A DNA stretch of 64,000 nt. Origin: Pseudogymnoascus verrucosus (taxonomy: Eukaryota). Location: assembly GCA_001662655.1 (NCBI GenBank), contig KV460255.1; one strand, 5' to 3'. Shown here piece after piece: positions 12,285 to 24,341 of the stretch (its first letter is position 1; each line of letters begins with the position of its first letter). The translations under genes and the position numbers were made by a program. Below the pieces are notes generated by a model that saw only the letters and a program-made list of their open reading frames with translations, was not told the DNA's origin and did not search any database.

Positions 12285-13506
12285 GATGCTGCTGCTCTGC
12301 GCCTGACGGACTGCTTCTTGCCTTCTCTTCTTGAATAGCCAGGGCGCTGCTTTGCCTCCTATTCTTGGAATTAGTATTTTGGCTTCATATCACATGATTC
12401 AGGGGTATTCCTCCAACCGCACCACATAGGCGGAGTTCCACTTACAAATCTACCCACACAGTCGTTTTTTACCGCTTCCAAGAGAGAGAGGGGTAGCGGA
12501 GGACTACCCAGCGATGCTACGAGCCACAAGGGCCGGTACAGCGACAGATCTGTCGTCTCAAAGCTCGTTTACCCCTTTTTATCATGCGCACACCACCAAC
12601 CTTGTTCGCGCCCTGTATTGCACAAAACGTTCGATGCCGTACTCAGAAGTGCGAAGATGGTTGTTCTCAAACCGGGACGGCGTTGGCGGCTGAGTGCGTA
12701 CTGGTCAGAACGGGCGCTATTATGTCAGCAGCTATTATTTTTGGGACGGCGGTTGGTCGCTCCCGTTTCGTTTCGGACCATGGCAACGATATATACATAC
12801 AACCAGGCAGTATGGGAGAGGTTAACTGCATTGGTAAATAATGTCAAGCACGGCTTTCTTATATCTATCTCAAGCACCTATACTAAATAATCCCCAACCT
12901 TCACTCCCTCCCAATCCATAGCCCCAAGGTATCTCCGGCCCCTGCCATTATTATGCTATAACTCCCCTCGCCCCCCATATCTCCCCCCCCGCACCCCCCC
13001 CAAAAAAATCCCTTATGAACGTCTCTCCCCAAATCCCAATCGTAGCCAAATCCCAACATACATAAAACCACAGTTTAACCCCCCTCTCTCCCCTTGCTCA
13101 AAGCTGCCCAAGCCTCTGGACCAGCCATCGGCCCCGCCCCACGGACATTAAACTGATGCGGAGAGCACACCCCCCGAGCCAGGTATCTCAGAAAAGGTAT
13201 CAGAGTACAGCAGAAAACCCCAGAACTCCAACGTAGAAAAAAAAAAGCACCGACGCGAAAGAAACGGCGCGCGAGAGGATATCAAAGTTAGAATTCGCAT
13301 GCGGTTTGGTTTCGCTCTGTTCGCTACCATTGATCGTACACACAATCCAATTTGGGGGTATTGATAGGATATCAGTTTTGTATATATTAGTATAAGTACT
13401 TGGTCGGTGGTGGTGGTGGTGGCGACCGGGTAAATAGAGCGGGATATTGAGGTGATATCAATTCATATTCCAGTTTGCGTTCGGACGATGGCACTGCGGC
13501 GTTTCC

Positions 13507-15993
13507 TTACCATCCCTTCTTTCTGGTGAAGCGCTTGTTGAGGAGCGCGAGGACCTTGGGGACGTTGAATTGGACGTATTCGAGGTCGAGTTCCTCTTGG
13601 CCGTCTTTCTGCATCTCGAGGAGATCGTCGAGCTTGAGGTCAAGCTCTAACAGTCCACGGTTGCGTCCTGGTGATGAAGAGTTAGTATTCTGTAGTGTGA
13701 AAGGAATTGAGAAGGCATTTTGTAGTGGAAAAGAAAGTAAAAAGCGCTGCGCACCCTTGTAATGCAAACTTATAACGAAGGTTCCGGGTAACGGGCTCGT
13801 GAAGTTGAAGTAGATGTTCGCCCTCCGGTTGTCTGGCACATTGCTTTTTTGGATGACACCTTCCTTCTCGAGCTGTTGGTGCGTGAATTTGTAAGGTCCT
13901 AGAACCTTCTGCTGCTGTTGCTTCCTTCGGGTGCCTTCCGCCTGGCCTCGAACATTGTGCAGGTAGCTCTTGTATGTCTCAAGCTGGTTCACAAGGTAGG
14001 TGTTGTGGTCACGGATAGTCTTGAAGACTTCATCGAGTTTCTCCGTCTCCAGAACAACTCCATCCTTCAAAGAGCCAAGGTGGTGTAATTCCTGCTCAAT
14101 CTCATCGCGAAGTGTCGCAAAGCCATCTCCCCTATCGATGACGCGCATCTCCTGCAGCTGGGACAAGAGCTCCATGGCACGAATACCCTTGCGAACCATG
14201 ACAGCATCGTTCCGCGAGGTCGCTGCTGCATCAGCAACTTTTTCGAGACGCAGCGGGCGGCGCGCTACGTGTGGGTTTCCAGGTATCGAGCGCATGATCT
14301 GCACAAAGGTTGACTTTGCCTCCATGAAGAAGACCTCTTCCTGAGTGATATCGAGCGCGGCTGTGAGATCGTCGATGGCGGTCTCCCATTTGCTGAAAAG
14401 GGGCAAGTTTATGGCCCTGTTGTCCTTGCGAGGAAGCTGTGCTGGTGCTGGGCCGAGCTCAGCAAGAATAACCGCCAGATGAGAGTTGTCGTCCTTGTTC
14501 AGCTCCACGCGATGCTTGTCGAGGAGGGTGTGCGTGGCGTAAACCTCATTCAGCGTGATGGATAGCTCGAGATCCTTCTTTGATAGAGCAACGTAGTTGT
14601 CCATCTCCAAACTCTCGTAGAAGTCCTGGACCTCGCACAAGTCAAGCATAAACTTGTTGATGCGCTCCTTGTTCCCCTGAATGAATGGCTGCAGCTTTGC
14701 CATATATGGCTCCTTACCGTAGGATGGCTTGTTAGCCAGGTTTTGAAGCATCTTAGCGATAAGAGTCAAAGTTCGCCTGGGCTTCTCAGCAGGAGTCCCC
14801 TCAATCAACATATATGATTTGGGGGTGACAATTGCGGGGTTGATGAAGCGCAGGAAGAAGAATCCGCCGATCAGCGTGCAAATAATCTGGTCGTTGGCAT
14901 CTGGGTACTTTCTCTTTGTGAGACTGCGAATCTGCTTGCAGATCCATCTGATTCCGTAAGGGGTCTCCTCAAGTCCATCGATGATCGTGGTGAGGAATCC
15001 ATTGGCGATCTCCATCAACATACCGAGACGAGGCTCGATGATGGCCTGAACTTGGGGGTTCTCCGCAGCCTGTTCCGCAGTTACACCTCTGGGCAGGTTA
15101 TCTGGCAGCTTGTTGTGTTCTTCCTCAATCTGCTCAATCATCTTCTCATAGACCTTCAGGGGGTTGATTTCCAAATCGAGATCTCTCAGCTCAATGAGGC
15201 CGTTGATTCTATCTGCCAAAACCGCCTTGAGGTAACTTTGTCCTGGGCCTCTGCGAGTATATGTGGTCATCATTCGAGAGACGGGTGTGTTGGCACGAAG
15301 CAGGGACGAATATTCAGGGGTATTATCGAATTGGTAGGTTAGAACGGACTAATAGAGTAAGTTAGCATATCTCATGTTGAACAGTTGACCTAAGGCGCAT
15401 ACCTGGAACATAGTCAAGAGCAAATGCTCTTCTCGACTCTCATATTGGTTTCCGTAGATTGTGAACATGACTGTCTGTAAGAGCGCATCGATCTCAGCCA
15501 TGGTGACAAGTCGGCAAAGATGAGCAATATGCCTCGGCTCAGACTGAAGCAGGAACAACAGGTTGCCGTATTTCTGAGTCTTCTCGTCATTGGGGAAGAA
15601 ACCTTCCTGCAAATCACCAGCATCCTCAAGATGGCTCGCGACCTCGTTTTGCTCCTCCAGCGCCATGCGGTTCTGAATCAGGAGGGCGATACGCGAATCC
15701 AGATATCGGACGTCCTTCTCAAGCACAAAGTTCTTCTTCGACTGCGAGGAGATTTTGGACTTCAGTTCGCGCAGAATCTTCTGCGCCTTGGCCAGGTCGT
15801 CCTCGATTTCCAGATCCCGCTCATTTGCGGACATGCTCATGTATAGCGCGGTCACGGACGAGTACCTCTTCGACTGCCTCGCCGACCGGCTGCCATCGTT
15901 GACGCTCGACATTGTGTTCTGGCGCGAGACGGGTTGGAAGGAGGAGGAGGAGGCGCTGGACGCACGCGATGGTGTCTGTAACATGGTCGCCAT
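13507..15993 (-). CDS. Ras GTPase-activating protein (S. pombe Gap1/Sar1-like, RasGAP + RasGAP_C)
   Basis: ATG 15993; introns 15402-15349 and 13754-13668. Motifs [18 protein letters not shown] and [28 protein letters not shown]. Confidence 0.92.
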
Positions 15994-18900
15994 CACACCC
16001 TGTGTCGCTCGACGGAGTTTTGTGAACCCCTCTGGAGGACCGGGGCAGCGGTTCCTTTTGTCCGCCTCGGTTTCGGAGTAAGCGCGGCGAGCCCGACGGT
16101 GCTATCGTACAAGCGCAATGAGTAAGGATAGGAGTGTGGTCGTGCTGTTGCGGCGCGAGGGTCTAGATCCCGAAAGGCGAGACAAATGTGGTGTAGGACA
16201 GGTAGTTCAGCTGAGGGATGAAGGCTGTAAATCGACGGTCAGACGAAAGGCTGAAATTCGACAAAAAAACAAAGCAGGAGCCCGGACGCTTGATTGTAGT
16301 TATCGAGGGAGTTTGATTTCGCGGCGAGGAATTGGGTTGACAAGATTGTCTTTTGCGCAGGTTATAATCGGGTCTGTTAAGACTCTGGTTGTTGCCAATG
16401 GAGAGTGAGTGTTGGGAGAAAGTATCTTCTTGGAAGCATATGCAGTGTCGATTACTGTTTGCGAAATGTAGCGGTAGGACAGCGTAATATTCCGATTCGT
16501 TGCGACGGGGAATGTCTGAGACGGAGAGTGATTCCCTGGGCTTGGGCCACGAGGGTTTTTTGAGGCAGCCAGTTAGGTTCAATGCTGGGTCTTGTGTGTC
16601 GGCGCGATGGTTGATGCACCTCGGGAAGATATTAGATCTTTGTATTCGGGCGCGCGACTTTCTTTTGTGAAAACCAGCGACTTGGTATGGGAGTTGTAAA
16701 AGAAGGACAGGAGGGGTGATGGAAGGATAGAAAGAGGGTGAATGAAGGAGGAGGAGAGGATCTTGGGAGTTAGTGGTGGTGGTGGTGTGGTTGTTATGGT
16801 AGTAGTGGGTGGATGGAAGGGGGGAGGGATTAAAGAGGAGTAGGAGGAGGAGGGGGAAGGGAGGAGAGAGGGAGAGGGAGAGGGGGGAAAAGGTACATAG
16901 GAGGGTTGGGAGGCTTATTAGAAAGAGTACTAGGTAAGGTGGTAAGTTAGCAGAAAGTTAGTAGAAAGTTAGTAGAAATCTAGTAGTGAGTTACTTGGAG
17001 GGTACCTGACTCTAGCTGGGGGATTGTCTGAGAAGAGACGTCGCTAGAGGGTACAGGGGTCCACTGGGGATGGGGCTAATGAGTTTAGTTAGTTACAACT
17101 AAAAAAGAAGTTATACTGAGTTATACTGATGGTAGTTATACTCTTATTATACTGATATTATACTCATTTGATATACAAGATCAGACATTATCAGCTATAA
17201 ATACACGATATAACACCGGTATCTTCGCATTGAGAGACGGAAGCATGGAACAATGTAACTATAATATGGTCACTATGAGATACAAACTATTCTGAGCATC
17301 TCTCCTCTCTTCATCCTTCCCTTGAAACAAGCAAATCAAAGGTCAACGGCGCCTATGAGACTGAACCACCGCTGATTGACACAGATTGACACAGATCTCC
17401 ATGCATGCCGGAGTATATCAGGCATCCCGATCGATATTAATGTTACCACTCTCACCGTCCCTACCCCACATGTCGCAGTCGCAGCATTCGCAGTACCACG
17501 TCTTACAGATTCACAGTGGTGCATCAACACTACATCATCCATCATCATAACCACAACGGGTACCTGCCCAGCATCGCCGACGGGACGAACCAGCCCACTT
17601 CATTCGCCCTACGAGCACCCTAACTATCCCGTACTACGCTGGTAGTGGTAAACTAGAATTCTAGCATCACACGCCCAGGCAACCGGCGCCAGCAAGTTCA
17701 TTCATGCCTTTGAACCCACGGCCGCTGGACAAAGCCTGAGGGTCCATAGAACCCTGAAACGCATCATACATAAGAGGACCGAACGTTTGCATGCGGCGGC
17801 ATTACGATATTACGAACGATACAACAACGAACCTGGCGCATCTCGACGCGCACATACATACGTACATACATACTCTGCTCTAAACACTGCGAAGAAAACT
17901 CACTGTAACCGCTCGCTGGTTCAGAAGCAAAGCACACACTCCCAGCCCTGCCTGTTCCATCCGATATCCAGCCAAGACCAAGCCAACTGAGACCCCCCGA
18001 AGTGGAACCTCCCACCACCACCACCACCATCCCTCACCATCGCGCATGCCACTAATCAATCCTCTACTGTACCATCAGCAGCCTCGCATACACACTCCAC
18101 ACCGTTCCTGGCGCGTAAGACATCCCCATCCACATCCCATCCACAGGGCATAGTGCAGGGCATCAAAGCACCACGATCACGATAACCACCCCCCAACCAC
18201 AGCCCGTGCACACCCAACACCCCCCAAGCAACAACCACAAAACGCACTGTGCTCTGCTCCCCTCCCCCCCGCGATCGTCAGGAGTGTGTTTGGCCCTTCC
18301 CTCCTCGCCAAACCACCACCACGTCATGGTCTGTCCGATCCATCCGATCCGAGGTCTCGTCTCCTCGTTTCCTTCTCTCGCCCTGCACAACCCCATCCCC
18401 TGAGTAACTCCCGCGCGGCGTGTCCGGCAGTGCGCCCTGTTGTACTACGCATACAGTACAGTACACACGCCTGTGCGGCCGTACAGTAGTACCTGCTTCC
18501 GCAATCTCCCCTTGCTCTAGTTATCAGTCCGGCGAGAGGAGAGCGTGACCCCTGGGTGGGATCGGCAGGTAGAAGGGGGTTTACGAGTAATGGACGGGGC
18601 ACGGTGCGATGGTTGGTCCCCCCCTGGAGTGATGGAGTGGGAAGGGATGGGGATAGAAGGGAAGGGGGCTATAAAAAGGTTTGTTGCATGGGCGGGTGGG
18701 TGCGATGGATGGGATGTCAAGATGGTACTGTACTGTACGGACTGTACATACATCAAGACACGCGCCGTGAGTGAGTGTAGTTCACCCGGATGCTACTGTA
18801 CCTGCATTCCTCATATCCCCCCCATCTTTCTTCATATCCCGCGTCGTCCCTCTTCCTTACCTAGAGCAGTTCCCTCGTCTCTACTTACCCCTTCCAACAT

Positions 18901-19848
18901 CCTTACCCACGAAAGGGGAGAGATGACAGTCCGGATGCAGGCACGTGGCTTACTGCAACTTCGACTTAGGGTACCAAAGGAGAGCTAGCGCGCTGGGGAC
19001 CAACGCCAACATGGTGGCATTCAACACCAACGCGTCGCGGGAGAGAGAGAGAGGGAAAAAAAGGTACCAGGAACCAGCCTAGGGATGCTAGAGAGAGATA
19101 GTGGAAGAAGTGGTAAAAGTGGCACTTCCTTTAACCATTATCACCCCCCCCCCACAGAACACCCACTCATACGATCATCAGCCGCGCTTAGCGTTTGGCT
19201 CACCACCCACTTGCAGACAAAAGTCACAGAGAAATTCAAAGGTTTCGTGTCCCAAACGGGAGGAGAGAGTCTACGTCACAACAACGTCTTTGTCTTTTTT
19301 AAGATTTATTCCCATTCCGTCCGTCCCAAACGGCTCACAGTCGGCCCCCTATCTATCTACATCATATTTTCCTCCCACTCCCATTCCCATTCCCGCGCCT
19401 CTTGGCTACGCCCATATCCCAAATAATATGTCACATGCCAAATCCCCAAATCCCAAAACATGTCTCGGCTCCTCCCTCTCTCTCGCCCCCCCCCCCTGCC
19501 GCGTCAAGAACTTCCGACCCGACCGCGCTGCCTAAGCAGATCCTGCCACAAAAAAAATGTCTTACCATCGTAGCTCCGCTCCCCTCGCGTCGCGACAAAA
19601 AAAAAAGTTTGTCGCTTTTTCCGCCGGCTAAACGGACCGGGGGCTTGCAAAAGCCAAGACAAGACAGGTCGCGGGCGCGCAAGGGCTAGCTAGGTAGCGA
19701 GGTCGCGATAAAATAACAGTGGGTCGCGCACCCCCCTTCTTTCTTCACCGGCCCTGGAAATAGAAATGGCGTTACTGGAATCGGATTCAGACTTGAGCCC
19801 TATTCCCAGCTCCACTCCGCTCAGCTCTCCCCACCCATCACCTCATCT

Positions 19849-22250
19849 TCATCCCTTAAACGTAAAGCTCTTCCCCGGCCTCTCCGTCTGCAGCCTCCTC
19901 ATCCCCGTCGACGCATCCGCGCTCTTCTGGTAGGGGTCAAACGGTTTCTTTCCCCCCTTCTTGCCACCGGCGTAGTCGTTCGTGCGCTTCTTATTCATCA
20001 CCGACTCCGCCTTACTGTAATCGAATGGCTCCTCATCATCCTCCTCCTTCTTCGCTGTCGGGGACTCTCCATCCCCGCGCTTCGCAGCCTTAGCAGCCTT
20101 CTTCGCCGCCTTGCGCTCTGCTTTCTTCAGGGACTTCTCCTTAGCGGCGCCCTCGAGGGGTTCGTGGAGGGAGATATCGTATTCCCCCGCTTCCTCGACC
20201 GGTTCCTCGGCTTCCTCCTCCATATCATCACTCTTCCGCTTTCGGCCCCCCTTAATCGTAAAAGCCTTCTCCTCCTCCACCACCACCGGCTCCTCGTCCT
20301 CAGGTTCAGCGACGGGTTGGGCGAGGATACTATACTCCCTCACGCCCTCCGAGAATGCCTCCTCAGCAAGCGGCGGCAGCGGAATAGCAAGCCTAATATC
20401 CTCCCCCGCCTTCGTAAGCGTAGCCGGTTCCTCCCACGTACTGCTCCCGAACGCGCGACCCCAGAACGCAGATTGCGGACTCCTCATATCGCCCCCTGCG
20501 TCGCCAGAAAGGATAGTAAGGACGGATTGCCTGACATCCCCCGATGCCCTAGCGGATCGCGCGTTCGCAGCCGCCAGAGCGCCGACGGAATCGGGTTTCA
20601 GGACCTCCATCATACTCGGCCCGTCTTTTGCGTTCGTCTTCGCGGCCTTGATGAGTTCGAGGAGCTCGCCGGTTCGCGCTTTGACGTTATAGGAGATGGG
20701 GTGGACGGTGCCGAGGAGGGATGCCATATCTGTGGGCATCACCTTCGCCACGCTGAGGAGGGTGTGATTCGGCATCACGAAATTCGTACTATCGTCGTCC
20801 TGGCGGGCGATCTTATCGCGCCAGGCGTGCACGGCTTTGAAGACGGCGAATTGCTCGTTGTTGAGTAACGTAGGTACCTTCACGAGGGCTTGGAACCAGC
20901 CGCCTGGTCCTTTACCCGTAGCGGCGTTGTAGCGGGGCGAGTCGTAGCGGAAGAGGGACGTCTCTTTCGATTTCCTCAGTACGATCTCGAGGCGGTTTTC
21001 CTCGGCGGGGACGGGCTTGGAGCGCTCGACTAGCTCGTTGCGCATGTTGTCGTAGATGTAGAGGAGGAAGTGGGTGTCTGCGCGGGCGTAGAAGAACATT
21101 CCCTCGGGGAGCGGACGGATGCGCCAGTCGGCCATTTGGTATTTCTTGTCGGCGTCGAAGTCGATGAATTTTTTCAACAGGAAGGCGAGGCTGCCGCCGG
21201 CGTAGCCGAGGGCTTTGCACGCGTGGTTGGTGTCGAAGAGGCCTACGATGTAGAGGCCTAGGTCGCGTTGGAGCCAGAGGATGTCCATGAATGCTCCGTG
21301 GAGGACTTTGAGGATTTTGGGATCGGTGAAGACTTCGTTGAGGACTTGGAGGTCTTGTCTCCATGGTTTTAGTGTGTCGACGATCCAGTCCTTCTTCCGT
21401 GTGCTGATTTGCATCAGCGAGACGAGGCCGATGTATGAGCGCGCATCGTGGTGCTCGAGATCGATGGCGATCTCTTTTGCTGTTCTAAGCTCTGCCAGCA
21501 TCTCCAAGACGCCCTCGTATGTGTCGACGAAAGTCGCAGATGTCGATTCGACGGGGAGATAGGGTATCGGGTCGGCTTTTTGGTAGACGGAAGCTGGGTA
21601 TTTTAGCTTCTCGATTTCGGTTTCGTAGGGGTGGCGGTAGTGCTTTTGTTGGTGGTCGTCTGTGACGGGGCCGAGAGACTCCTCTAGAGGCACAATGGCA
21701 TGGGGTTTTGAGTTAAGCAGCGGTTTCCATGGCTCAGTCTCGTGGTTGGCGGGCTTGTTAAGGAAAGAGAGTTGGGGCTTGACGAGGTTTTGGGTGCGGA
21801 ATGAGTTATCCAGTCTTCTGGATTTCGGGGCAGAGGCCTAGTATACTTGTTAGCAATGGCAGAAGCAATTTTTGGAATTTCGTCGCATACATTTTCAGCT
21901 GGTGAAGCTTTTCTCTTTATAACGCCAGTGTACTCGTCGAGGCAGGTATCTGCGCGCTCTAGAAGCGAGTCCACCACGTCAACGACTCCCCGCCAATTGT
22001 TGTCGACATCGTCCACCTCTTGTAGTTCTGGCGCATTCGACTCCGTGAGCGCAGCAGCAGATTGAAGGATCGAGCTCGACAGGCCCAGCAGGCGTGCGTT
22101 CTGCTCGTCCAGCGCCGTGCCAACTTCCGGGTTGAGAGAGCGATGGAAGCCCAAGTCCTCTGCGGAGATTTGGCCGACGGTTCGTGTTGTGGAAATCAAT
22201 GCTGCTTGGATCGCATCCTGCAATGATTTAAACCCTGGCGGACCCTCCAT
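19849..22250 (-). CDS. RRP6: Exosome 3'-5' exonuclease Rrp6
   Basis: ATG 22250; intron 21890-21838. PMC2NT N-terminus, DEDDy exonuclease (IAIDLEHH, DILWLQRD, YARADTH), HRDC domain (WRDKIARQDDDS), Lys-rich tail. Confidence 0.95.
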
Positions 22251-22460
22251 TGTTGGCGTGGAGTAAATTATATTACTCGTGAACAGAAAATCTTGGGGTT
22301 TCACTTTGGGAGCTTGCTTGACGAGGTTCTCGAATTTCACAAAAAGTTTAGCCTTGCGCAAAGTCCGGGGTTATTAGTGCCGATGGTCCCGGAATACGTC
22401 CGCCCAAAGCTGTCAAGGACCGGCTTCTCAGCAACAATATCAAGGGCAACAAACACAAAA

Positions 22461-22858
22461 ATGTCAGCGTCTTTGGCACCTGAGTGCAATGAAGTTAAGG
22501 AGTTAGTCAAAGAACTATTTCCTCTCAAAGATACATGACTGACGTGAAATTAGGCGCTACGATACCTGCTTTCTGAAGTGGTATAGTGAAAGTAGGCGGT
22601 CCTCGCCACCTTTAAGCTAACATGCAACTGACCTAAGTCCTCAGAATATTTACGTGGAAACGGCGCCACAGATGAATGCGCTGGGCTTTTTAAAGAGTAC
22701 AAGGCGTGCCTGACGGTAGCTGCTCCGCTGAATCTACGGGTTGTTCTGTATACTAACGGTGGCAGGGTGCACTGAAGAGCCGCGGCATTGACAAGATGCT
22801 CGCCGATGCTCGAGAGGATCACAAGGAGAATGACGCTTCAAATCTTCGGAGGAAGTAG
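22461..22858 (+). CDS. MDM35: Mitochondrial distribution and morphology protein 35 (TRIAP1 family, twin Cx9C)
   Basis: Four exons (introns 22502-22553, 22592-22644, 22716-22765) translate to MSASLAPECNEVKERYDTCFLKWYSEKYLRGNGATDECAGLFKEYKACLTGALKSRGIDKML...; missed by the ORF track. Confidence 0.92.
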
Positions 22859-23939
22859 AAAGACTTGAGTTAATCATGGGAACCCTGTGCTTGCAGGTCA
22901 TGCCCTTGTGGTTTCGGCGTTCAGCGCTATATACTGTACTATTATATTTGCAACTCTTCCTGGCATAGTCGAGCAGAATATTTAGACGGCGTCAAGGAGA
23001 TCTCGCCCATCATATCGAATTTACAAAACCTCCTATTCAGATCAAGGGACTGTGCTTAAGTTTGTATTTCAAGGGATGGCTGCTCCTTGCAGATAGAATA
23101 ATTTAACTGTTATAACCCGTGCAGATAAGATAATAGACAGTTGCTCCTCGTGATGATAAGATAATGAATAGTGAGATTCTGCATGGATGGAGCACATTAA
23201 CGATGGGTTGCAGATATGAAACATTTCCATACTCCGACAGGATTAGAATGTCTAGAAGGACCGCATATTACAGTGGCCCAGAGGCAAGAAACCGCCTGTA
23301 GACCCATCGCCGATACAGGTAAAATAAGGGCCATCATCGCTGCCTATAATTGTCATACTATCGCCTTTCAACAAGCCAGTTACTCAGGAGTAAACACAAG
23401 AAAATAAATTCCATTGACTTAAATTGCTACTATAAATTCTCACAGTGCTCATAATCACATACTCATCCCAACATGTAGTATCACTTGCCCGGTGTCTGGT
23501 ATCACGTGACCATGAAGCTTAAATTCCGTCACCCTCCTCGGCATCCCATTGAGGCTTAGCCGCGCGATGTGCCATTCCAGATACTGGATCTAGAACACCC
23601 TGGACTGTAATAATAGAATTACAAAGTACACACAGCCAAAACACCCGCCAACCCAGCATTTGAGGTCGCTGTTCATATCTCAATCATGTCGACTATCTAG
23701 TTTACTGTTTGATCTTTCTGCTCTTCGTCGTCACGGCGTAATCAACCATTAATTACTTCTCTGTTTACCTCTTCAACCACTCACTGTCCTCTCAGAGCGC
23801 AGAGCTCCTGCCGCCCGACAAAAGCCAGCAACCCTTGCTCGTCCCCACGATCGACCTGCGCTGTTCCATTCCGTGATACCAATGCGCCATTGTTTGCTCG
23901 TCGGAATATTATCCCATGATCCAGCAATAGAGCTGCTTC

Positions 23940-24325
23940 ATGCCCTCTTTCTCCGTCCTAACTTTTGGCATCTTCGTAGCCGGCTACATCACAGCTAGGT
24001 GGGATCTGGTCACTCGACTTCATGAGCTTGCCATTTTTGCCTGGGACCACGGAGTTATTGTACGTGTTACCTGCGGTTCCTGGCTGTGATTATCTGGCTG
24101 ACCATGTTCACTATCAGACTCGAACTGCAAAGGGCGTTGCGATCCTCTCGTTGTTTTTCTTCCTCTTCATAATACCAGTGGACAGACTCGCACACAGGGA
24201 GGCCAGCTTGGTATAACAATTTCCCCCTTGACAAGACATTCACGCGCTAAACAATATAGCATCCGCGATCAACTAATACCGGCATCTCGGCGCGCGAACA
24301 ACTTCGAAGACGGGGCTCCTTCTGA
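23940..24325 (+). CDS. Small 92-aa predicted membrane protein encoded immediately upstream of GPI1
   Basis: Exons 23940-24059, 24118-24210, 24260-24325 joined by two phase-0 GT-AG introns with branch points (GCTGAC, GCTAAA). Two hydrophobic segments; TGA is 16 nt before the GPI1 ATG. Confidence 0.75.
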
Positions 24326-24341
24326 GGAACGATCGGCTGTC

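Noticed and set aside
12730..12770. Sm-site-like ATTTTTGG followed by a GC-rich hairpin (possible snRNA)
   Set aside because: No U1, U2, U4 or U5 signature sequence upstream; the motif is short enough to occur by chance.
24228..24341. ORF-track N-terminal extension of Gpi1
   Set aside because: It starts at a TTG inside the predicted intron 24211-24259; the first in-frame ATG is 24342.
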